Assembly (NCBI GenBank): GCA_028023455.1
Contig: JAQFVV010000001.1
Location: 2,480,001 to 2,544,000, forward strand
Direction of reading: 5' to 3'
DNA from: Epiperipatus broadwayi
Taxonomy: Eukaryota; Animalia; Onychophora
DNA: 64,000 nucleotides
Part shown: positions 12,040 to 24,375 of the stretch, one piece after another
Layout: each line of letters starts with the position of its first letter
How positions within the stretch are numbered: position 1 is the stretch's first letter
Made by a program: the position numbers and the translations under genes
Notes under the pieces: generated by a model
Databases searched by the model: none
The model's input: the letters and a program-made list of their open reading frames with translations, nothing else
What the model was told of the DNA's origin: nothing

Positions 12040-13240
12040 AGCTCTTACTGGAAAGTCATCCTCTTTACAGATCCACAGATTGGCTCTGAAAAGTTGGTGT
12101 TGCAGCAGTGAAAGTTGCCTTTTATATTTTGCTGCTAATGTACTCTTTCATCCACTAAATCTGTTTTAGTGCATTTTTAACATAATTTTCCTGTCTATCT
12201 TGTGCTTATCAGCATTTATCTATCTCAGCCCCCTCATTTGGTGGGTGGTTCAACTGTTTCATGGACCATAAAGGGTTTTATTCCCTCTTAGTCTCTTAAA
12301 TATTTCTCCTACTCTCATTTCCTTGTTACTCAGAACTTGTTTATAAAGTTTTTTGTGTGTTATTCCAGTTATTTAGGCTATTCTCAACAATCTTATTTTT
12401 CAGTCACCCCCCTCCTTTGTAGTAACTAACCGCCTAAAATTCCACTCAATTTTTTTCATTACTCAACTAAAACTATTAATAACCAGTTTTCCAGTGTTTT
12501 TTTTTTTTTTTTGCTTTTACATCAATATATTTAGTTTTTTCATTTCAAAACCATTTTCTTCATATTACCTTTCATTTTTTTCAAATGGTTTAAAAATGGT
12601 CACTGACCCTAACAGACAAAAATGTCAGAGACTTAAACTTCATGAACTAAAACCTTCAAAATTACCCAAATTTTATCCAAATTGAATTTCAAACAAAACT
12701 TAACTAAAAACTTCATTATCAAAGAACTTGTTTCAAAGTCTCCAACTCCTTGCCCTCTGGATCTCCCTCTCTTTCAGACTGTGGTTTGCTCTATCAAAGG
12801 CAAAAAACAAGTCAAAAAGAACAACATGACCAATCATAATGCCATTCCAAGTACAATGGGAAAAACTAAAATTAATCATCCACAAAAAATAAAAATCAGC
12901 CTGTTGCATCTAAGCATAACTCAGAAATCTTCTCATCCATCCCTGAAACCTCTAAAGACTTAACATATAGCTATTTCTCCAAAGTTATGTCACATATGGA
13001 TCCTCCTATTAATCCACCAGGGCAACCAAGCCTACCAGCATTGCTCCTTATCAAAGACTTTTTTGCCTTGACTACTCACCCTTTCCATATTCTCTTCCCA
13101 TTTCATATGTATTCCTTTCCCCTTCACTATATTGTACTTGAATTTCATTTTGCCATGCAATCATTTCTTGGTAAACCTTTTTTACATGTTGTGTATTTTG
13201 TCTTTTTGATGAATAAAAGCTTTCATCACTGAGAAAAAAC
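12040..13240 (+). mobile_element. Probable internally deleted Penelope-like element of a different lineage
   Basis: C-rich block. Broken frame KYNGK..KNQPVASKHNS..MDPPINPPGQ resembles a GIY-YIG C-terminus (PVA.HFN..P.GLN). A weak HHR relic lies at 12082-12119. Confidence 0.45.
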
Positions 13241-13604
13241 AAAAAGATACTTGCTAAAATATGAAGAAAGCTGCGATAAAAAATGTTTACTTGCAAAATA
13301 CATGTTTATGAACGTGTATTTTTAAAGATTTGTTCTAGTAAAACTCTTCAGTAATCTGTATTCTAGTTTACAAGTAATCCTAAAAAATTAAAGATGAGTT
13401 TTAAGTATAGATGAAAGTATTGTTGTAATCATAACAAAGAAATAGTTTTTAAAGTTTTTTTTTGCATAAGGATGAGAACACTTATAACATTGTTAAGTCA
13501 GAGTTGATTTTAAATATACTCAAAACAACTCTTTTGTTTTAAATGACACTAGTGTTTCACTAAAAAAAGACAAGAAGAAATTTTTATAAAGCAGATACCT
13601 GTTT

Positions 13605-13975
13605 CACTTTATTATCATCATCATCATTATTTTCAACCACCATGAATCCACTGCAAAATGATGGTCTCTCCAAGTTCAATCCATCTTCTCCAATATCACT
13701 CCAGCACACTTCCTCACTTCAGTCATCCATTTCACATGTGGTCTCTTTCTAGGTCTCTTACAATCTCTTGAAATCCAGTTTAAGATTTTAACTTTCCATC
13801 TATTATCATCTCTTTTAAAAATATGTTCATCCCAATTCTACTTTAGTCTTTTAATTCTTTCATAATACCTGTTTGTTCTCTCATCCATGTATTTCTGTTT
13901 TCGATTTCTTGTTACTCATAACATACATCTCTCCATACTTTGTTGAATGGTTTGAAGTCTCTGTATTGCTCTTTT
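13605..13975 (-). mobile_element. RTE-clade LINE 3' end
   Basis: Minus frames: WMREQTGIMKELKRLK, RDDNRWKVKILNWISRDCKRPRKRPHVKWM. Ends in a (GAT)n tail. Same type as 1490-2975. Confidence 0.88.
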
Positions 13976-16900
13976 ATTATATGTTCAAATCTTATAAATA
14001 TGTAAGCAGATTTTTAATTTAATAAAACGTAGCATTTATTATGATGTAGACAATGGTTTAATGAATAATTTTAAAATAATTAATCATGATATTAATTGAA
14101 TGATTAGAGTAACAATCTATAAGATAATACAATAAAGAAAAGAATTATCCAGAATATTTATAATGACATCAAAAAAAAAAAACAAAAAACAAACCCTGAT
14201 GACATGTATTATTAGTTTTTTTAAAACTGCTTCTTTAGGTATTTAATTATACATCTGTTTGACTAATTTAAACTCTTGCTCAATTTTTTTTTATTATTAC
14301 TCATGTTTGGAGCTAAATAAATTTTGTTATACTATATAGATTTTAACTAATACTTCACATAATTTAAAAAGAACTAATTGATATAATTTATATTTAAATA
14401 ACGTACAGAAATTTAGTTATTCATTGTATGCTCAGGAGGTTAAATAATGTTCATTAATAATAATAATAATATTTCCAGTAAATTAATCAAACTAAGATAT
14501 TTTTTTTGTTCACGTTCCTTTTTCAAAAAAAAAATTAAAAATCAATTTATAGTTGGTATTGACTAATAAAAATAGTTATATGATATATATTGAATCTCTA
14601 TATTTCTTTTTAAATCATACTACAGTATTATAATATCCACATTTTATATATATACTTAAAATCTTTTTTTTTTAAAATTGCATTCTTCAGTGAAATTTTT
14701 TTTTTTTTTTAAAGCATACGTGTAGTAAATAATATGTAATAAACTGGAATATATTTTGAAAAATTAATTAATTTTTTAGTTGCTATTTTCTGAGAGGGGG
14801 GGGGGGGAATGAAAATTACAAAATGCGAAGAAGCCGTTTAAGAAAAACAAAAGAAAAAACATGTCTTGATGTCGATCAAGTATTGCTTTAAATTGTTTAT
14901 TCTATTTTGCAAAAAAATTCAATATTCTTTAATGAATTTAACTAGTAATGATAATTTAAATAAGAAAAATCTTAATGCCCTTTATGATCATTATTACATT
15001 TTTTTTAGTTACAATATTCATAAACATATTCAAAGGAAGAAGCATCTCCAATGCTGTATGCAAATAACATGCAAATTTTTGTTTGGAGATGTCATCCTAA
15101 GAATATGTTTACATAATACTTCATATTATTAAAGTTCTACTATTATATATATAGTAATGATTTGAAATTGATACTATACATTTTTACAATCAAGTCTATA
15201 TTCAATTTGGAAAAAAAAATTACTTTAACCCATCTATGTGTAGGTCAATGATAAAAATACATGTGATAGTGAATTTTATATTAAAATCTTATTTTTTTTT
15301 ACATTTCTATCTTCAATCACTTAAATTAGTTCAGACCTTGATTATCATAAGCTTTTCATGCATTAACTGTAGTAGTAGATTTATGAAACTTCATGTTAAT
15401 CCTTTAACTAACTCATTATTACATACAAACTACTTTGTTTGAGATTGAGCTGGTAGGCCTTTGGCTTTCCTTCACTTACCTATTGCTACCTGTAGCCATA
15501 TTTTGCTGGTTTTGTGTTCATTTTGATGACAGAAATTGGAACTAAAATATATTGATTTATTACTTCAAAAATATCTGAAAAATAAAACTGCAAAGGTGTT
15601 TACTACATTATAGTGATTGGTAATTTCTATGTAAGATTAATTGCAAACTTCAGTTTTATTGTTGTTAGCTATGAACAAAAAAATTGCATTTTCCCATGGT
15701 TTATTTAAATATTTATGAATATTTTTACAAAATATCTATATAATAATTACTTAAAAACAAAAGTGTACATGATTGAACTTTGATTTTAATCAAATATATT
15801 TTTAAAAATACAAGTTAAAGAAATTTGTCATAATGGTATGATTTGTAACAGTTTGCTAAATACTGTAGTATGGAGCTTTAGTTATTTTTAACTGTAAATA
15901 CAATTTAAAGTTTTAGAACAGAATTTCATATATTTGTGATGATATGATATTAATCTATGCATGTTTTACAAATGATGTTCAATCACCAAAGACCTCATTA
16001 CTTTAATTTTTTAAATATCATTATAATAATCAAATAAGAAAAAAGTAACTGTTTTCATTTCATATTTCATATTATAATTTTTTTCTATATTTACAAAATT
16101 TAAATATGATTGTATAAGATGTTTTTCATTTGCAATTTATATTTCTAACAAACCAAGTCTAATTTATTGAATTCTAATATAAAATAAAGATTTAGATGCT
16201 AAAATCAAATGTTGAATATTTACCAAAAATTATCTTCAAGAACAGTGGAAATCTCAACTTATTGAAGGGTTAATTATACTTACAGCAATTTTGATTATAA
16301 TTTCTTTTCTTTTTTTTTAGTTTTTAATTTTTTTTATCTTTGTCTCTATTTTTGCTTTTTCTAGAGTTGGAATGATTATGTACATTTACAAATGGCTCTA
16401 ATAACAATGAAGTCATAATTTGGGGAAACTAAATGTTTTGTTTCTTTACAATAAAAAAACAGCAACAAATCAGAACAAATAACAATACTAATAGTATATA
16501 TATATTTTAAAAAAAGCTTAATATAGAACTAATAGCATGTCCTGAGCTAAATATACATTTTTTTAGTAATATATATATATTACCTATTTCTTAAGAATAT
16601 TTATTATACAGTATATACATAAATATAAATAATATTTGTAATCATGTATATTTTATACACGAATAGATCTTTTTTAAAAAAGAAAGATATACTTTAAATT
16701 TTTTTATTTTATTTTATTATTAGAAAGATAGTGTTTGACTTTACTACATTATTTAAATCTTAGGATATGTTTTTATATTATTCTTGTTTTATATTAATTA
16801 ATTAAGGGGGAAAACATTGATATAACTTTTTCCAGCAATAGAAAGTAATTTCTGTTAGATGCAAATTAGTCATTTACCTTTAATTTATTCTTTTGGAATT

Positions 16901-18595
16901 TATTAAATGTAGAGGGAAACTTTAATATATATATATGCGCTAAGTAATTATGGATATGATTATAAATTGTAAAATGTAATTTGTATGTTCAAAGAAAATT
17001 TGATAAAATATTTTTATTTTTAAATTATCAATATAATAATAAATTTACAAATGTATGTGTATATATACTTATATATAATTATATAACACAGTAAAAAGGT
17101 AAACATAATTTATATGTATCTGTGCAATCCAAGTGTGATAAAACATTTTTATTTTTAAATAAACAATATAATACAAGTCTTAATATTATATATTCAAAGC
17201 TTCCTATTAGAATATAATGAAGCATAATTTAATGTAAAACTTATTTCTTTATTGCATTTAAAATTTAATTATTATAATAAAAATGTGGACGTTAAATGGA
17301 AATTATTATTAAAGTTGTTTAAATATTTTTGTTTTCAGTCGCAGTAGTCTCGATTAATTCAACCAATTTTTATAAATTAATAACTTTCCATATAATTATA
17401 TACATGTTTTATACACTAATATTAAACATATTAACCGCCGTGCTCGCATTCATTATTTTATATTTATTTGCATTACGAATACATATATGTTTTTGAGCAC
17501 AAATTATTTCATAAATATGTTTAAAACACTTTGTGAAAACGTATTTATTTTAAATAATTTAAAATACCGAAAAAATATAAATATTTTATGAATACATGCA
17601 TAAGTTGTACCTGCTTTTTAGTGATACAATTACATATTTAAATAAGCGCAAATAAAGAATATTGTCTATGAATTAAAATAGAATGAAAGCATAGTATAAA
17701 TTGAAATATCGTATGTATTAGAATAAAGTTCTGAACTATTATATTTATATAAAACATTGAGTGAAAACTAATTTAAATAAAAGTAACACTATAATAATAT
17801 ATAAGTAGTTCTTAAATACTGCATGACAGTCGTAATAACTTTTATAACGTTAAATATTTCAAAAATATATCATGAAATCTATATCTTTTGTGTCATATAA
17901 ATATAATATTTACAAAAAGATAATTTATAAAATTTTTGAATGGCTGGCATCTTTTTATATACAAATCTTACCAATTTTTAAACAGTTCCGTAATTTTTAT
18001 TCCTTTTAAAGTACAATTAAAATAATATTAATTACTGTACTGCATAAGATTTTGTGTCAACTGACAACGATTAAAGTTGAATTTTTGTTACCAAAGAAAA
18101 GTGTGTTTTTAATTAATTAAATAATTGTTACTTGTGTAAATAAAATACCTGTCACATTCATTTAAAAATATGTATGGTGTGGGATTGTGGTTTGAAAAGG
18201 AGGCCAGGTTTATTTTCAGCATTTTTATTGATTAATTTAAACTTTTTTATTTTTTCGTATTTTTGAAGGAGTGCAATTTATTTTAATATATGTATTGTAT
18301 TATTGCTTTATAAATGAATGTTGAATAATGAATGTTAAACTCTAGATGTTGTAGAAATTTTAATTGAGAGTTAAAGGGGAAGAATCATGCAAATTACTAC
18401 TAATATCAAACATTTTATTTTTGTTTAATTGTATTAACCATTAGTCGTTCTTACTGAGTAGACGACTTGTTTTAGTTTAGTAAATTATTGATTCAATAAG
18501 ATTATAGTTCCTGCATTAATTCTCAGATAAATAAAGTAAAAAAAAAAATTAGCACTTGGGTGCATTGAATATTATATAACCTGATTATTTTGCTT

Positions 18596-18667
18596 GCGTT
18601 GGTGGCCTAGTGGTTAGCATAGCTGTCTTCCAAGTATCTGGCCCGAGTTCGCTTCCCGGTCAACGCA
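18596..18667 (+). tRNA. tRNA-Gly: tRNA-Gly(TCC)-like gene, probably a pseudogene or atypical isodecoder
   Basis: 72 nt, GCGTTGGTGG..CTTCCAA..TTCGCTTCCCGGTCAACGCA. The 7-bp acceptor stem pairs and the anticodon is TCC. Mismatches in the anticodon and T stems. T-loop is TTCGCTT rather than TTCGATT. Followed by only TTT. Confidence 0.88.
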
Positions 18668-19141
18668 TTTGACCTATGAAAAAAAAAGTTTTCTATAATA
18701 AATTACATGTGATACATATACATCCATACATGAGAAAGTTTACAATATTTTTTTTTTTAATTATATAAAGAATATGCAGTTCAATATATTTATAAAGGGA
18801 GACTTAAGCTTTTATATACAGAACTGCTTAGTAATTCCATTATTATACTGTTCGAACTACACAGAATAAATACTGTTTCATTAAATTTTATGCTGTGTTA
18901 GTTCATACATTCATAATCTGGATACAGTTTGTTATATTTTTCAACATCTGCTCTTTGATTTCGATTTTTTTGTGAGTAGAATTATTCAAACTTTCCTCAG
19001 ATGTATCATTATCATGTAAAAGTGAAATAATTTTCACCGTTTTTAAAATGCTGCACTTCTTGAAGATTCTATTATTTTGTATAATATATATGCAAATTAT
19101 TTATCTTTATTAAAACGAAGACTTTAACGGGCTACAGATAT

Positions 19142-19173
19142 AAATGAAATGTTATCCGGATAACATTTCATTT
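19142..19173. repeat. Perfect 32-bp palindrome
   Basis: AAATGAAATGTTATCC-GGATAACATTTCATTT. Confidence 0.95.
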
Positions 19174-19476
19174 TTATAGATATATGTATTATAACATGTA
19201 AATATGAAGAGTGTATAAAAGTGGTTTGCATAATCATCTGCCATGCCCTTAATTTAGATTTTAAATCCCAGTCAGGTATAAGTTGGAAATTTGTTCATGA
19301 TATAAATATATAATCTTAAATTTTTTTCCAAGCATCTAGCCGATAGCCACCCTCTTAATTTGGTAAATATATATCTAGCTATTTTTACTAAGTTCTTTAG
19401 CAGTTAGAAATCTGTAAGTAATGCCTTGTGCTCTGCGTTGGGTATTTAAACGACCATTGCTTTTTTCATAACATAG

Positions 19477-19590
19477 ATATGGAGTATTTTGCAAGTCAGC
19501 ATCATAGAGTTAATAATATGTCAAGCAAAGAAGAATTACTTGAATTCTACTACATTCTATTAAAAGCAATTTTGATTCTGATTATTCGTA
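19477..19590 (+). CDS. Candidate exon of an unidentified spliced gene (MEYFASQHHRVNNMSSKEELLEFYYILLKAILILIIR)
   Basis: Preceded by a 63-nt GTAAGT..CATAG intron-like segment (19414-19476) and followed by GTATGT. One open frame. Could not be chained to further exons. Confidence 0.3.
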
Positions 19591-20884
19591 GTATGTTGAT
19601 CTACCTTTGTTTTTAATCTATTTTAGTCTCTGTTTATGTGCACGTTGTATATGTACCCCTTCCCCCAATTTGAAAAATTTAAGTGCTAAGATAACACTAT
19701 TTTGCAGAAAGATGATCTGATAAAATTGTGAGTTAAAATTTTAAAATGCATGTTAATACTTCGTTTATAGTTCTATCAGTTTTATTATATTACTTTTTTT
19801 TGTTCATAAATCTGTGTTAAATTTTATAAATATAACTGCTTGTTGAAATAAGTATAATTTAAGTAGTAAATGTATTTATACTTATTTCGAAAGTTAAAAA
19901 ATAAAAAACAGTTGTCATTTTAATTATTTATTTCATCTGAATTATTTTATATATTATAGTATATTGCTTTATTTTGTTATTCATCATATTAAAAAAATAA
20001 TGACATTAATGTTTCAGAAAATATAAGAATTAAAATATAGTCTTTATAGTTTTATAATTAAATCAATCAATAAATCATTTAATTGGAGAATTATTTTTAG
20101 ATCGTTGTTTTGAATTTGATAAATGATTTATGAAAGTATTTGCCCCCCAAAAATTAATACGATTGTTAAAACAATTATTCATTTATGCTGTTTATTTTCT
20201 TTTAGATATTAATCCTAAATACAATTTATTTATCATTGTGTAAAATTTATCATGAAAAAAGTCAGGTACATTTTATTTAATTACTACTTTTAATTTAAAA
20301 GAAGCAATATATTAAATTTTTATTTTTAAAAACTTGTCTGTTATAATTTTTTTTATGATAATTTTAATACAAATTCTTCATTGGTTAAATTATACATCTA
20401 CCAGATATATATATACAAATGCATACAGTTTAAACATATATATGAATATAAAGATATGTAACGTGCACATATGTGACTGTATGTGCATGTCTGTTTATCT
20501 ACTTATCTATTTGTTTAACTATATTTAAATTATTGGTTAGTGTTTGCTGATTACATATTCTTTTTATCTATCTATCTATATCCTTTTATTCGTCTATTCC
20601 TATCCATATATATATATAACTTAACACGCTTAGCTAAGAAAACAAAAAATAAATATCTAGAACGCTATAAATATAAAAATATCAATTCGATCCTCATTTT
20701 TTGGCAAATGTAGAAATAATTTTTAAAAAAGCAAATAAATTGCATGATTTTATCTAGTTAAGTTATCAATCATTCTAACTCTGCATTTAAAATAACTGAA
20801 CCAGTTTGGTTTAAGAAATCTGAAAATCAAAAGGTATCTATTAAAAAATATATATATATATTTTAAAAAGTCAGATGGTTTATT

Positions 20885-20975
20885 GCTGTGGTTCATAAGA
20901 ACTCTGAGCACTTGAAGTAACAGAGGTGGACTGTGATCTATAGACTATGAGTTTCTGAATTTGTCACCCTAAAAC
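20885..20975 (-). repeat. Degenerate SINE-like repeat; related copies near 26400-26530, 49665-49775 and 60355-60570
   Basis: Shared motif GTGCTCA.A.TTCTTATGAA with an upstream ATAGATC..TCAAGT tRNA-like segment. Confidence 0.45.
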
Positions 20976-23144
20976 ATGCAGGATGAAAACTTTTTTAAAC
21001 ATATTGGAAGGTTTGTACCAATTTATTAGTGGAAGGAGTCATAAAAATATATAATAAAATTTTAAAACTTTGTTAAAGCAGATAGGAAATTATTTTTTGG
21101 TGGGAAATATTTTGATTTGTATGTGAATAATTCATTTTCAAGAGGCTGAAATAGAAAATTAAGGATGCATAAATTTAATTCAAAAATGAATTATCATATA
21201 TAGATTTAATAAAATAATTTTCACTTGAAAAAAATTAACCTTCAAACATCTTTTTAAAAGTGATAACATATATATTGGTTTATGTTATCTCATGGCAAAA
21301 CTTTAAAATTAATATTTTTATATTCTTAGGACTATGTAATAAAATTAATGACATGCATATATTATGTTAGGGATATATTAATAGGAGCCTCTAAATGATT
21401 TTATATAATAGAAATAATAAAATAAAGTATGTGTTGATAAATTAATTTGTTAACATTTTATTTGCTGCATACATTTGAAAAATAATATGCAAACATAACC
21501 AAGATATTAAATTGTTATTAAAGTATGTGTATGCATGTATATGTATTATATTTTTTGGAATAATTCAAAAACATTAAATGTTATGTATCCAATATATTAT
21601 TTTTAAATATTTAATTTAAATAGAATGGGTATTTAAAATGCTGTTTGAAGTATATAAAATAAATAAATAAAGGAGTAGCTAAATTTTATTTAAAATATGA
21701 TTTTATATGATTTTTAAAATATATTTTCTGTTTTTGATGTGTAAAAATATTTATTTTATTATTTTAAAATATATTATATTTGTTTTACAAAGTTTAAAAA
21801 ATATTTTAACATCACAGAATGGTGATGTATTTGAAAGAACTTTTATTGAATGGATATATGGACAAATTTAACTCTTAATAGATGAAATTATAAAAGAGAG
21901 CAATATTAGAGAATAAGACATAGAATATCATAATAACAGTATCTAAGATAATGACCTAAGTATGGACATGGACATTATCAGGAGAAAACTATTTAAGCCC
22001 TTGAGCTTAGATTGGCCTCTCTCTTTTTTTGTTTTAATGAATAAACATCACATATATAAATAAATTTATTTAGAAGTTTAAAATGATTGTGATGGGCTAT
22101 AAAATATTACAAACATCTGTTTAAAAGATTTCATGTCTTTGAGAATATAATTATTTCAATATATAAAGAATCATCTCACTGTATTAAATATTAAAGTTAA
22201 GTGCTGCCATATATTTCATAGGAATGTATGGATAAAAATTGACAAATGCTGTTGCTATAACTTGAATAAAGCAATACTAACAGTGTAAAGTTTTAATTAT
22301 GGAATTCTTCATCTAAAAATAAAAGTATCATCAAAATGGATGTTTAGGGAATGTTAATTGGTTGGAATATACCTGTATTTAAATGTAACATCTATCTATT
22401 CACTATAAAATATATCATGGGAATTTTTATCAGAATATCTAAAGGATTTGGACTATAAATTATTTTTGTCTGTGTGTGTATTTATGTAAAATGTATAAGT
22501 AAATTGTAAAAGTTTGGTATATATATAATAAATATTATTTTCAATGGAATTACACTTTGACAAACATTCTTTGTTGGTGCCAAAGTAAAATTGAGCAGAT
22601 AATATATATTTATATATTCTTTATTTTTATTTTTTTGAAAACATGTGTATGTTTATTTTACAAAGAAATATATCATTACCAAAAATAAAATGTTAAAGTG
22701 AATAGTAAACAAAATAAAAACTATATATTTCTTAATGATAATTTTAATTTGTTCAAATAAAGATATGTTTGTTTGTTTTCTTCAATAATATTTAAATGAA
22801 AATAAGTTTTCATGTATAAATATATATAGGTGATATTGTTGAAAGTGTATATTTAATAAGTTTTTATAGTATAATATTTTATGTATGTAAATTAATAAGT
22901 TTATGCTTATTGTGATAAGAAAATAGTAAACAAATTAAACATATTTATTAAATTTAGATTTTTTTTATGCATTTATTTGACAATATTGATGCTAATATAA
23001 TATTTTTTTTTTTGGTTGTTTTTTTATTAGAATATTTTTCACAATAGATGACAGTTAAATTATTAATCAATAAAATAGGTATAATAAATAAGTGGAAATT
23101 AATTCAGGAATTAACTATTCAAGTATTTTATTTGCTTCTTGATT

Positions 23145-23208
23145 TATTATTATTATTTTGTTGTTGTTGTTGTTATTATTATTATTACTATGATGATGAT
23201 GATGATGG
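23145..23208. repeat. Compound (TTA/TTG/GAT)n microsatellite
   Basis: Direct reading of the triplet runs. Confidence 0.92.
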
Positions 23209-24241
23209 AAGGGTATTTTATTTCATCTTTGAAATTGTACATTGATCTTAATCACAAGTATATGTTCATTTATATTGTAATCATTGAGATTTACCAATAA
23301 AGTCTACTACTAACAAAGGTATTACTAATTGTGGTCATTTTTACAAGGGAAAAGGTTAACATATTGAGACCTCTAAAGGTCAGTTTATTTAGGGGTTAAA
23401 GTTCATATAGTTGTACTTTTTTTTTTACATATTTAAACTTTATTTGGATTTTAGTTCTATCGATTTCATGATTCTGGTATTAATACAATCCACATGATTC
23501 ATTGTCTATTGATGTAAATCCATATGTTTAGTTCCTGTGATTGCATATAGTTGTCTATTTATATATTTATCTGATGATCTAAATTATTTGGTGTCTATTA
23601 AAGTGTTTTTTTTTTATTTATAAAATTTTTCATAACTGGTATAGGTTTTTAAGTTATTATTTTTATTATTATTATTGGAATTATAACATTGCTTTGTGCT
23701 TTAACAGCAATCATGTGGCTGCATATAGGGATGGACTTGTTATAGTTTCTATTTTGTATCTGGGCTAATTTATTATGAAATGTAGATTGGTGTCTCATAG
23801 TGTTGTTGCCAAATAAGAATGTACCTCTTGTATTCCAAAAGGCATATAGGATAAAAGTAGTTGCCCTAATGCTTGGTGTTGATTTGGTTTTATAAGCATT
23901 GGTGATCTGGCCAACTGTGATGTTCTGTCTTCTATATGTATTATACATTATTTTCCTTGTTTATTGTAGTGTCTAACATTGGTAGATGAAGTGTTGTAGT
24001 GTTTCCTCTGTCCTATGGGATAATACACACAAAGGATCTATTGAGCTGTACATTCTTTTATGATGAAGAAAGCTTGCTGTTGGCATGGCAAGAAAATTAA
24101 TTTTCAGTATAAAATTAAAGAATTTAAGTTCTAGTGCCCATTTTTTATAGTCATGTATCAATTTTTTATTATTTAATCCTAACATTGTGGGTTCATTTAT
24201 ATTTTATTCCTGTTGCATGTAGTTGTACATTTGCCAGTATG

Positions 24242-24375
24242 ACATTAGATAAAGTGCTTAATCTAATGCTTGAATATCCTGGCACCTCACTGATGATGCC
24301 AGAAGCAGAAACCAGTCTGGGGTTCAGGATATTTTCAAAGCTTGTTAAGAGCTTATTTTGCAAGCTCTCTATATA
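24242..24375 (+). mobile_element. 134-nt HHR cassette inserted antisense into the L1/Tx1 ORF
   Basis: Flanked by ACATTTGCCAGTATG (24227-24241) and ACATTTTCCAGTATG (24376-24390). Removing 149 bp puts ORFs 24353-24589 and 23973-24185 in the same frame. Confidence 0.75.
24273..24333 (+). ncRNA. Type I hammerhead ribozyme, best-preserved copy in the window (F2-related)
   Basis: AATATCCTG-GC-ACCTCA-CTGATGA-TGC(CAGAA)GCA-GAAA-CCAG-TC-TGGGGT-T-CAGGATATT. Intact core, 6+9 bp stem I, 3-bp stem II, GUC site after 24317. Confidence 0.88.

Larger units (their letters stand above)
17330..19600. promoter_or_regulatory. CpG-retaining region, probable unmethylated promoter zone
   Basis: CpG is visibly more frequent than in the flanks (e.g. 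AACCGCCGTGCTCGCA, GTCGCAGTAGTCTCGA). Contains the tRNA and plus-strand splice signals. Confidence 0.45.

Noticed and set aside
14797-14808. G-run, and the purine tract at 45825-45910, as G-quadruplex/H-DNA elements
   Set aside because: Simple low-complexity runs with nothing indicating function.
7750-16450. Several stop-free frames with plausible splice sites on both strands (e.g. 7751-7934 minus, 10441-10537 minus, 11030-11164 plus, 15017-15100 minus, 15479-15576 minus)
   Set aside because: Phases could not be chained consistently, opposite strands gave competing frames, no protein family was recognised, and frames of this length arise by chance over 64 kb.
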